A stretch of DNA of 46,199 nt, from contig CAZSYD010000015.1 of NCBI GenBank assembly GCA_964611355.1, forward strand, positions 1-46,199, written 5' to 3'. A program made the position numbers and the translations under genes. This DNA comes from an uncultured Ignavibacteriales bacterium (lineage in GTDB: Bacteria; Zixibacteria; MSB-5A5; GN15; JAAZOE01). This document shows, one piece after another, positions 25,639 through 33,765 of the stretch (its first letter is position 1; each line of letters starts with the position of its first letter). The notes below the pieces were generated by a model. The model saw only the letters and a program-made list of their open reading frames with translations. It searched no databases and had not been told where the DNA came from.

Positions 25639-26554
25639 CCGGCTTTTCCCCGACAGGTTCTATCGTCGAGCGACGATGTTTTCCGGCTTTCTCACCGATT
25701 ATTCTGCCCCGGTAACGGGTCTTTCCCATAAATTTCTTGGCCATGTTTTTGGCCGTGTCAAAAGCGAAATCAAAAAGCCAGACGGCGGCATTGCCCGACC
25801 ATCGATCGGGATGGAGGCTCATATATACCCGCCCGTATCGGTCGTCACGCAAAATCTTTTCCAGGCCTTTCATATTCGAGATACCGGCAATGGGACAATC
25901 GTCGATGCGGTCTTTCAGATTATATTTCGGATTAAACCTTCCGGTATCGGGGATATACAGGTCGAAATCTTTGCCGGTAACGTCAATGGAAGCGTCGCCG
26001 ATCAAACGGTCGGATATCTTTTCTTTGACCACGGCCCGGTCGTATGTGAAAGCAAGATTATCAAGATATTTTTCATCCCGCAGGAGATGAACCACCTGGC
26101 GGTTATCGACGTCAGTGAGGGGATTGCCATGCGCGCAGACCGACCGAACCGGAAATCCAAGACTGTCGATATCAAGAAGCGAGCCTATGAAAAACCCGAC
26201 GGCGTCGCGTTCCACCTGCAGGTTGGGAGCTTTTTGATGGGTGTCGATTTCTTCGTAATGGTACCCGATCTGGTGTCCCAGGTCGGCGATTTCGCGAATC
26301 AGACCGGGATCACGGTCGAAAAAACGGCGGCGAATATAATATGTCGCCGCGATCTTTCGCTTCGCTTCAATGGATGCCATAGCCAGCGCTCTTTTCGGGA
26401 AATAATCGACGTCGTGCCGAAGGGCGATAAATTTGCCTTCCGGTACAAAACCTTCCAGCCGCGAAGCGAGAATTTTTTCTATGCCGTAGATAGTAAAGCC
26501 GTTGTCGGCGATAATATCCAGTATCCGTTGATATGAGTTGAAAGTAAAGAGCAT
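25613..26554 (-). CDS. Polysaccharide deacetylase-like (NodB/CE4-like fold) hypothetical protein
   Basis: ALRHDVD, GHQIGYHYE, VCAHG and LHPDRW metal-site-like motifs. Alternative TTG start at 26566. Overlaps the ATP-grasp start. Confidence 0.7.
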   Translation of the reverse strand: MLFTFNSYQRILDIIADNGFTIYGIEKILASRLEGFVPEGKFIALRHDVDYFPKRALAMASIEAKRKIAATYYIRRRFFDRDPGLIREIADLGHQIGYHYEEIDTHQKAPNLQVERDAVGFFIGSLLDIDSLGFPVRSVCAHGNPLTDVDNRQVVHLLRDEKYLDNLAFTYDRAVVKEKISDRLIGDASIDVTGKDFDLYIPDTGRFNPKYNLKDRIDDCPIAGISNMKGLEKILRDDRYGRVYMSLHPDRWSGNAAVWLFDFAFDTAKNMAKKFMGKTRYRGRIIGEKAGKHRRSTIEPVGEKPDESPNSRS

Positions 26555-26663
26555 CTTGTAATCCAAAACCTCACCGTCTTATATGCCGGTAAACGACGCT
26601 AAAACCTGTAATTTCTCAGGCTATATACAGTTTTGTCGGAAGATTGTCAAAAATGATTTGGAA

Positions 26664-27428
26664 TCATAGCAAGGGGAAAATTCCGCCGGGGTCATATTCG
26701 GCTTTAATCTTTCGGCACATATCGGAGAGCGAAGTATTGCCCTTCAGTTCGTCAATGAATCTTTGCCGGTCGGTCGGCCGCAAAGTAATCCGCCCCGACC
26801 CGTCTTTTTTCGAAAGCGGCAGGACGCGAAACGATAATTCCGTAACCAGTCCCAGCGTGCCCCAGCTGTTGAAAAAAATCCGCGAGATATCGTACCCGGA
26901 GACGGATTTGAAAGTAATCGCGCCCGGTTTCACGACCGCGCCGTCGGGCAGAACAACCTCCACCGAAAGAAGATAACGGCTTAATGGTACATCTTGCCTG
27001 CCGTCCGATCCGGTCAGCCCGGCGGCCAGAGCTCCGCCAGACGAGCCGGGATAGTTGGTGTCGCCGAACCCAAACCAGAGCTTGTCTTTGGCGATTACTC
27101 TATTGATTTCTTTTAACGGATATCCGGCTCCGACCGTAACACGGAAATCTTTTGCTTCGATAGCGATAATTCTGTTTAGCCGGTCGGTTTGGATTACCAG
27201 CAGATCGTTGAACTGCTGGCCGACCGGATCGATATTGTTGCCGTAGCCGGATATGAAAAGTTTCTGCCCGTGATCGGCAGCGCGGCGAAAAATATCAGAT
27301 GCTTCCTCGGCTGACTCAGGGTGAAACGTCGGAATGGTCTTCTGCCAGGTGAGACCGTCCGGATAAGCGTCCCGGATTTCCTTTTCGAGTTGATTAACCA
27401 TTTGCGATGGTATATTATCAAATTGCAT
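26664..27428 (-). CDS. FAD-binding (PCMH-type) oxidoreductase, GlcE/GlcD-like, short
   Basis: P.S.EE, SGYGN, VTVGAG, SSGGALAAG, VVLPDGAVVK.G, KSVSGYDISRIF..SWGTLG.VTE, KIKAEYDPGGIF. Alternative TTG start at 27440. Confidence 0.85.
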   Translation of the reverse strand: MQFDNIPSQMVNQLEKEIRDAYPDGLTWQKTIPTFHPESAEEASDIFRRAADHGQKLFISGYGNNIDPVGQQFNDLLVIQTDRLNRIIAIEAKDFRVTVGAGYPLKEINRVIAKDKLWFGFGDTNYPGSSGGALAAGLTGSDGRQDVPLSRYLLSVEVVLPDGAVVKPGAITFKSVSGYDISRIFFNSWGTLGLVTELSFRVLPLSKKDGSGRITLRPTDRQRFIDELKGNTSLSDMCRKIKAEYDPGGIFPLL

Positions 27429-27453
27429 ATGGGTGGTCAAGTTTTTTGGGTAA

Positions 27454-27669
27454 TATAAGAATCCGGCGATGGTTTACGGCCGGAAGATATATGACCTGGA
27501 TTCGTCGAGCGACGCTCTCTATACCATGGCCTTTTCATCCTATAATATGGGAGACAGGCCAAAATCGGTGGAGTATTTCAAACGATACGTCGAGACCGCG
27601 CCGGACGGCCCGAAAAAAGAACAAATTAGAAGAATTTTGGGGCGACTTCCGCCAAACCTGTTGAAGTAA
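27454..27669 (+). pseudogene. Probable 3' remnant of a TPR protein (or a 66-aa single-TPR protein from ATG 27469)
   Basis: ALYTMAFSSYNMGDRPKSVEYFKRYVETAPDGPKKEQIRRIL is a typical terminal TPR plus capping helix. In-frame TAA at 27451-27453, no SD, and only 40 bp from the divergent start at 27428. Confidence 0.5.
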
Positions 27670-27792
27670 AACCATATATCGAACGCTCGCAATCTTTGTA
27701 ACTGGGAACAAAAGTTCTAAGTGATATTCTTTTTATTAAATCCCGCTTTGATAATTGCTGAGCTTGCGGCGTATTGAATATTTTACGTTGCT

Positions 27793-29217
27793 CTATTTCA
27801 AATTCAATCCCAGTATCTTGATTTCAGTCATGTCTTCGATACCGTATTTGATACCTTCGCGCCCCATGCCGGACATCTTGACGCCGCCATAAGGCATATG
27901 ATCGGCCCTGTAAGTCGGGACGTCATTTATCATCACGCCGCCGGTTTCGACGTATTTGAAAGCGTAAAAGATGTCCTTAACACGATTAGTAAAAATACCG
28001 GCCTGCAGACCATAGCGGGAATTGTTGATCTCGCCGACCATGCGTTTGAAATCTTTATACCTGGAAAGTACGGCTACCGGGGCGAAAACCTCTTCCGAAC
28101 AGACTTTCATCGATGGCTTGATATTTCCAAGCAGCGTCGGTTGGACTATTCTGCCTTTGCGTTTTCCTCCGGCCAGAATTTTCGCCCCGCCCCGGACAGC
28201 TTCTTTGATCCAGTTTTCAGTCCGTTTGGCCGATTCGGTATCGACCATAGGGCCGAGGTCGGTTTTGTCATTGAGCGGGTCGCCGATTTTGATCTTTTTG
28301 ATAGCGGCGAGAAATTTTCTTACAAAGCGATCATAAACATCAGCGTGAACAAAAATCCGCTGGACGGAAATACAGCTTTGTCCTGCCTGGCCGAATGCGC
28401 CGGAGACCATTCTCGATACGGCGAAGTCGATATCGGTGTCGTCGGCCACGGCCGCGGCGGCGTTGCCGCCCAGTTCGAGGACGGTCTTTTTGGTGCCGCT
28501 GTTGGCCTTTATCCACCACCCCACCGGCGATGAACCGGTAAAAGTGATCAATTTTACCCGTTCATCCTTGATTAAAGGCGTAGTATCTTTCGACGATCCG
28601 GGAAGAATCGATACGGCCCCTTTGGGAAGTTCGGTTTTGTCAATTAGCTCCGCCAGCATCAGCGCGACAATCGGCGTCTTGGAAGCAGGCTTGAGCACAA
28701 TCGAACAACCCGACGCAATCGCCGGAGCAACTTTGTGAACCACCAGGTTTAGCGGAAAGTTAAACGGCGATATTCCTGCGACGACTCCTATCGGAAAACG
28801 GCGAATCAGGCCGAGGCGTTCTTCGGAACCGGCCGTCCAGTCAAGATCGGTAATTTCGCCCGCAACCCGTTTAGCTTCTTCGGCGGCGATACGGAAACAG
28901 TTTATAGCCCGAGAAACTTCCACACGAGCATCTTTTATTGCTTTGCCCACTTCGAGCGACATCATCCGGGCGAATTTTTCTGAATTTTTTTCCAAACCGT
29001 CGGCAATCCGGCGACAGATTCGTTCGCGTACGTAGCAAGGGAGATTACGCGTAATCTCGAACGTTTTTTCGGCGGCGTCTATGGCTTTGGTGTAATCTTC
29101 TTCACCGGCTGCCGAAACAAGGCCAACAAGGCGGTCATCGTACGGCGATTCGACTCTGATTTTCTTTTTGGAACCAACCCACTTCCCCGCCAGGTAAAAC
29201 TTGTATGATTTAGCCAT
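27793..29217 (-). CDS. Aldehyde dehydrogenase family protein
   Basis: ISPFNFPLNL, LKPASKTP, FTGS, LELGGNA (catalytic Glu), GQSCISVQR (catalytic Cys), EEVFAP, YGLQAG, PYGGVKMSG.GREG. SD GGGAG. Confidence 0.95.
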   Translation of the reverse strand: MAKSYKFYLAGKWVGSKKKIRVESPYDDRLVGLVSAAGEEDYTKAIDAAEKTFEITRNLPCYVRERICRRIADGLEKNSEKFARMMSLEVGKAIKDARVEVSRAINCFRIAAEEAKRVAGEITDLDWTAGSEERLGLIRRFPIGVVAGISPFNFPLNLVVHKVAPAIASGCSIVLKPASKTPIVALMLAELIDKTELPKGAVSILPGSSKDTTPLIKDERVKLITFTGSSPVGWWIKANSGTKKTVLELGGNAAAAVADDTDIDFAVSRMVSGAFGQAGQSCISVQRIFVHADVYDRFVRKFLAAIKKIKIGDPLNDKTDLGPMVDTESAKRTENWIKEAVRGGAKILAGGKRKGRIVQPTLLGNIKPSMKVCSEEVFAPVAVLSRYKDFKRMVGEINNSRYGLQAGIFTNRVKDIFYAFKYVETGGVMINDVPTYRADHMPYGGVKMSGMGREGIKYGIEDMTEIKILGLNLK

Positions 29218-29273
29218 TTCTTCTCCCGTGTCGTATAGGGCAAACGATTTCGTTCGATTTTCAGGGCGCTGTG

Positions 29274-29690
29274 TCATTTCTCCAGATTAACGAATAATTT
29301 CCCGTTATCAATATCAACCGGATATATCGTCAATGGCTCTTTGGCCGGGCCGGATATGACCTTGCCGTCGTATTCATAAGTGGACCTGCTGATACTGCAA
29401 CATTGCACAGTTTCCGTATCGGGTGCCGGGTCAAGACGGCGTCCCATATGCTGACACCTGTTTTTGAACGCATAATACCGGCCGTCATCCCCGTGCACGA
29501 TTAAGACCCTCTCCGGCAATTTATTGTCTTCGAGACGTATGGCTCCTGCCGGCTGAGTCAATTCCGGAACGCGACTCAGGTCAATTGTCAAAAGGCCCTC
29601 GGAATAAGTCCAGCATTCTTCATCCTGCAGTTTTTGAGTGGCGCAAATGCCGAAGATTCGCTGCCATATGCTTCTTTTCAGGGTCTTCAT
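29274..29690 (-). CDS. Rieske-type [2Fe-2S] domain protein with atypical second box
   Basis: SD AGGAGG. YYAFKNRCQHMG (box 1), VQCCSISRSTYEYDGKVISGPAKEPL (box 2 without His), YPV..DNG.LFV. Confidence 0.8.
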   Translation of the reverse strand: MKTLKRSIWQRIFGICATQKLQDEECWTYSEGLLTIDLSRVPELTQPAGAIRLEDNKLPERVLIVHGDDGRYYAFKNRCQHMGRRLDPAPDTETVQCCSISRSTYEYDGKVISGPAKEPLTIYPVDIDNGKLFVNLEK

Positions 29691-29712
29691 GACGTTTGGT
29701 TCAACCTCCTGT

Positions 29713-31863
29713 TCAGTCGAATATTCCCAGTTCCGGAATTTTCCCACCGTCGGCGTCAATGCCTATGCCGAAATTGTTATGTCCGTAATTTGAATCCGAT
29801 TTTTCGGGAGTAAACCAGATTGTGTTGTCTTTCATTTTTTCCGATGCGGCAGTTTTAGCTTCTTCCTTTATAAGATAATTATCGGTACCGGAAGCGTCGA
29901 TAAAAATCCCGGCCGATTTGGTGTAATAGTCATAAGTGCGGAGTTCGCTCGGTTTGGTGTAAATGTCGCGAAACGAAGCCGCGCCGAATCCCTGCTGGCC
30001 TTTTGCGTATGTATAGCTGTCGGCCCCGCCCATCTCGAAGAAAAACGCAAACGACCTTATCTGGGCAAGTCCATACGATATCATCTTCGCTTCATATTCG
30101 TCGTTGCCGCCGCGGTCGACGAAAAGGGCATTGGTAAAGTCCCAGCCAAAAGCAAAGGCCGCCCCGGCGGTTTCATACAAAATATGTTTGTCGTCGCCGG
30201 ATTCATCAATTAAAGCCCCGTTGCAGAAATGCGCACCGGATGCCTGGGTGAAATAGACCGAACGGTAGACATCGTCGCCGGCTTCGTCATAGCAGATGCC
30301 GGTGCCGAACCAGTACCCGCATCCCAGCGACCAGTTTCCTGATTCGTAAACGTCGTTTCCGCAGATATCGACAATTACGCCCAAACCGCCCGCCCAGCTA
30401 TGTCCGTCGGAGCCGTCGCCGCGCCGGCCGAACCCACATCCCTGGGCGCTGTTGGCGTTTATTTTGAATTGACTGTGGTAATCGGCCCGGTTGACAATCT
30501 CCGGCGACGGTTCCGCCATGTATTTATCATCTCCCGAATAATTGGCCAGGCAGCCGACTCCGCCGCCAACGCCGCCCATACCCTGGCCGTCGCCGTAAAG
30601 GTAGTAGCTGTCATCACCGGCGCAATCGATGGCCAGACCTATTCCAAAGTATCCGGCTCCCTGCGACGACGTTTCGGATTTATAGTCGTCGCTTCCGCTT
30701 TTATCAAAAAGCATCCCCAGTCCCAGAAATCCGGCCCCCTGAGAAAACACTTTCCCCTCATATCGGTCCGAACCGGCGGCGTCATATAAGAGTCCAACGC
30801 CCAGGATACCCGCGCCGAACGAGGGCGTCATGTTTTCGGATTTATAGATGTCGTTTCCTTCGAGATCAATCAGAACCGAGACGCCGTGCCCGGGGCGCGA
30901 TGTCGCTCCAGCCGAACCGGTGTAGCTGTCATCACCGCCAAAATCTATTATCAAAAGACAATAGTCGCCGTTTACCTGATTGTCGCCGCGACCGTTTATT
31001 ACCACCCGGCCGTACGGCGTGATAAAATCGAGCGCGAAATCGCGGGGAACATCCTTCAGCAAAGGCGTCAGTTCCTTTTCTGCGCGTTCAGCGGCGGCGG
31101 CGACTTTCAAGGTCGCATAACAGACAGATTCAAAATCGACGGCCTGGGCGGCATCGTCGATTTCGGGATAATATTTCATGCCGTCGCCCTGCGTTTCGGC
31201 CAGATCGCGAATGTAGAAAACCCGGTTAATGATTTCGCTCGGTATATTTCGTACGCCAAGATTTCGCCAGTAAATCGCCTCACGCAAATTTTCCATCAAC
31301 CCGGCCAGGGCAAGGCGAACCGGACGCCGAAGGGTTGCGATTTTTTCCGATAATTCTTTTTTCAAATCAGGCCAGTCGGCCTTTTGATTAAAAGTAACGT
31401 ATTGCATTTTTCCGCCGGCCATGATGTAGAGATTTTCGACGGCACGAATAAACGGCCGCTCGCCGCCCGGAGCGTCAACCAGATTGGCCCCGTATGAACG
31501 AAAACCGCCCGTTTTCCGCTCAATGCCCAGATGGTAAACCAGATTGTAAAGATTGTTATCGGCGCTGTCGAGCCCGGCCGGATTGCAATACCGGCGCACT
31601 GCGCCGCCAAACGAGCGGGCGTAATTATAAAGGCTAATCGGCTCGGCGTAAAGATCGTCAAATGATTTCAATTTATATGGTATTCCGGTCGGGAACCTGT
31701 TCCAGTATCCTTTGGGCCGGTAACCGAGGTCGGAATATGTGTATCCAATCGAATCGAGCGCTGCCTGAAGCAGGTTAACACCGTTTTGATCGATATTATC
31801 TTCCGCCGGCCCGGTCGCCGACAGACCGAGCAGAAACATTCCGCAAATAATTAATCGCCGCAT
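29713..31863 (-). CDS. Secreted hypothetical protein with about 12 Gly/Asp-rich D-x-x-G-[DNS]-D-x-Y repeats
   Basis: Signal peptide and SD GGAG. Repeats such as IDFGGDDSY, IDLEGNDIY, FDKSGSDDY, IDCAGDDSY and YDEAGDDVY alternate with SQGAG..G.G segments. Confidence 0.85.
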   Translation of the reverse strand: MRRLIICGMFLLGLSATGPAEDNIDQNGVNLLQAALDSIGYTYSDLGYRPKGYWNRFPTGIPYKLKSFDDLYAEPISLYNYARSFGGAVRRYCNPAGLDSADNNLYNLVYHLGIERKTGGFRSYGANLVDAPGGERPFIRAVENLYIMAGGKMQYVTFNQKADWPDLKKELSEKIATLRRPVRLALAGLMENLREAIYWRNLGVRNIPSEIINRVFYIRDLAETQGDGMKYYPEIDDAAQAVDFESVCYATLKVAAAAERAEKELTPLLKDVPRDFALDFITPYGRVVINGRGDNQVNGDYCLLIIDFGGDDSYTGSAGATSRPGHGVSVLIDLEGNDIYKSENMTPSFGAGILGVGLLYDAAGSDRYEGKVFSQGAGFLGLGMLFDKSGSDDYKSETSSQGAGYFGIGLAIDCAGDDSYYLYGDGQGMGGVGGGVGCLANYSGDDKYMAEPSPEIVNRADYHSQFKINANSAQGCGFGRRGDGSDGHSWAGGLGVIVDICGNDVYESGNWSLGCGYWFGTGICYDEAGDDVYRSVYFTQASGAHFCNGALIDESGDDKHILYETAGAAFAFGWDFTNALFVDRGGNDEYEAKMISYGLAQIRSFAFFFEMGGADSYTYAKGQQGFGAASFRDIYTKPSELRTYDYYTKSAGIFIDASGTDNYLIKEEAKTAASEKMKDNTIWFTPEKSDSNYGHNNFGIGIDADGGKIPELGIFD

Positions 31864-31997
31864 AATTTTGTCTCCAATATGCCGGTGACGCCGTCAGTAT
31901 AAAACGATGCGGCTTACTTATCCACAAAAAATAAAACGCTGGCAAGGTCGAGGTTTTTTTCATTTTAAGATTGACCGGCAAAAATGATATTTTTTTG

Positions 31998-32026
31998 TTG
32001 CGTTATACGTATTAATAAGTTAAATA
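31998..32026 (+). promoter_or_regulatory. Putative sigma70 promoter for the OMP gene
   Basis: TTGCGT-N17-TAAATA preceded by an AT-rich UP-like tract. Confidence 0.35.
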
Positions 32027-32248
32027 CGCATTCAACCTGAATGCGGAAAGGCAGATTAGTTCTTTGATATAAATAAAGATGTCAGTGAATACCGCCGTTT
32101 GCGGCGGTCCGTAAACATGGAGGGTTTTGTATGGAGTAAGCGTTAACGTTTAACCTTTTTGTTTGTCAGACGCGAGTTTTTGAAAATACGTTCAAAAGAA
32201 ATATTAAAGACTTGTAGGTAGAGTAAACTCTAAACAAAGGATCAAGTA

Positions 32249-33475
32249 ATGAAAAGGATGCTGATTCTTTCCGTGCTGGCCGCCTTTCTGCTGGGCGGCA
32301 TGGCTTACGCCACCGGCACCCGTGTTATATCGATGGGTGAGGTGAATAATATCGTCAAGGATGGTGCTAACATCTGGCTTTATCCTTCGACAATCAACTA
32401 CTATCCCAACCTTTTTCGCGCTGATATCAGCGGGAGTATGGGGACCAAGAACGGCTCCAGTGGGCTCTGGAAAGCCGGCACGCATCTCCAGTTCGGCCAG
32501 GATTCGGAATCTCCGTGGGTACTGGGCGCCTACTTCTCAACCCAGCCGTATTACCACGAAGTACTGGATTGGGATAAGTCTGAAATTACTGCCGACCAGC
32601 GGATAAACCTGTTCTACGGACGCAATCTTGGCAACACGCCTTTTGGGTTCAGCTTAGGCTATTACAGCGACGGCGACAAGAATGAAGATACTTTAATCAA
32701 CAACAACTATGAAGAATCGTTAAGCAGGTATGAATTCCTGTTTGGTATTTCGCCTATGGAAGGAAAGGCGGATGTTTCGTTTGGCGTTGCTTTCACTACC
32801 TGGACGGACAAGGATTACTACGGAAGTGCAGCCGAAGTTGTCGATATTACCAAGCCTTCCGGCAATATGGACCTTAGTCTCAGGGCCCGTTACTGGATGG
32901 ATCCGATGGGGAAGTTTGTTACCATACCCCACGTTTCGTTTGTGTATGGCAAGCAAGGGATGGAACTCTATGGCTGGAGTGGCACGGCCTGGGAACATCA
33001 GATTACCACTACTTACAATTCGATGGTAATTGATTTCGGTATGGGCCTGAACTGTGAGGCCGACGAGGACGTTCTGGTTGTTACCGATTTTGGTATAGTC
33101 ATGGACAATTTCAAAATCAAGTATGAACCCGTGGGCGCGGACGCGACGGAATACAAGGACAATTACCTTATCCTGCCGTACTTCAAGGTCGGTATCGACG
33201 CTTATATCGTGAAATGGCTCGATCTGCGCGCAGGTATTATCAGCGAATGGGCGAGAAATACCTACGAACCCAGTGAATCGCTGAAAAGGACTTACAGCGA
33301 TGCTTACACCTGGTCTTATCTCGGTGCCGGCGTTCATTGGGGGAATTTCCACCTTGATGCTATTATCGATCCGGATTTCGTGACCAATGGTCCGTATTTT
33401 ATCTCCGGCGAACCAAGCGATGACATGTACAATGGTCTGGCCAGCAGGGTTTCCTTGCTGTATAAATTCGATTGA
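32249..33475 (+). CDS. Putative outer-membrane beta-barrel protein
   Basis: Signal peptide ending AYA; N-terminal TRVISMG segment; aromatic-rich alternating strands; C-terminal strand SRVSLLYKFD. SD AAGGA; monocistronic with a strong terminator. Confidence 0.8.
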   Translation: MKRMLILSVLAAFLLGGMAYATGTRVISMGEVNNIVKDGANIWLYPSTINYYPNLFRADISGSMGTKNGSSGLWKAGTHLQFGQDSESPWVLGAYFSTQPYYHEVLDWDKSEITADQRINLFYGRNLGNTPFGFSLGYYSDGDKNEDTLINNNYEESLSRYEFLFGISPMEGKADVSFGVAFTTWTDKDYYGSAAEVVDITKPSGNMDLSLRARYWMDPMGKFVTIPHVSFVYGKQGMELYGWSGTAWEHQITTTYNSMVIDFGMGLNCEADEDVLVVTDFGIVMDNFKIKYEPVGADATEYKDNYLILPYFKVGIDAYIVKWLDLRAGIISEWARNTYEPSESLKRTYSDAYTWSYLGAGVHWGNFHLDAIIDPDFVTNGPYFISGEPSDDMYNGLASRVSLLYKFD

Positions 33476-33499
33476 TGCCGGTTGATAAACAATGGCGAC

Positions 33500-33531
33500 G
33501 AAAAACCCCCCGCCGCGGCGGGGGGTTTTTC
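33500..33531. terminator. Bidirectional Rho-independent terminator (perfect 32-bp palindrome)
   Basis: GAAAAACCCCCCGCCGCGGCGGGGGGTTTTTC is its own reverse complement. Confidence 0.88.
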
Positions 33532-33765
33532 ATGGCTGTGGACAGAAGAATTGTCATCGTTGCGATCTCGCGATGCCGGTGGCTATCCCAACGTCTCCCG
33601 CCATAAAGTAAGTTGATCTGGGAAATGCTGCCAAATCAGGTCACGAAACCGGCCCGTACCGCATATTAACCTCTTCAACCGATAACATTGCTCAAAAAAA
33701 TCTTTACTTCAACCGAAAAATAGGGTAAATTATTTGGCTTGATTCGATTCGAAGGCCATTGACTT

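Noticed and set aside
25553..26536. 327-aa plus-strand ORF antisense to the deacetylase-like gene
   Set aside because: Shadow ORF with no recognisable motif or SD; the minus-strand gene has the motifs and operon context.
33532..33765. Possible T-box leader upstream of ileS
   Set aside because: No AGGGTGGNACCGCG T-box sequence or terminator/antiterminator pair is visible.
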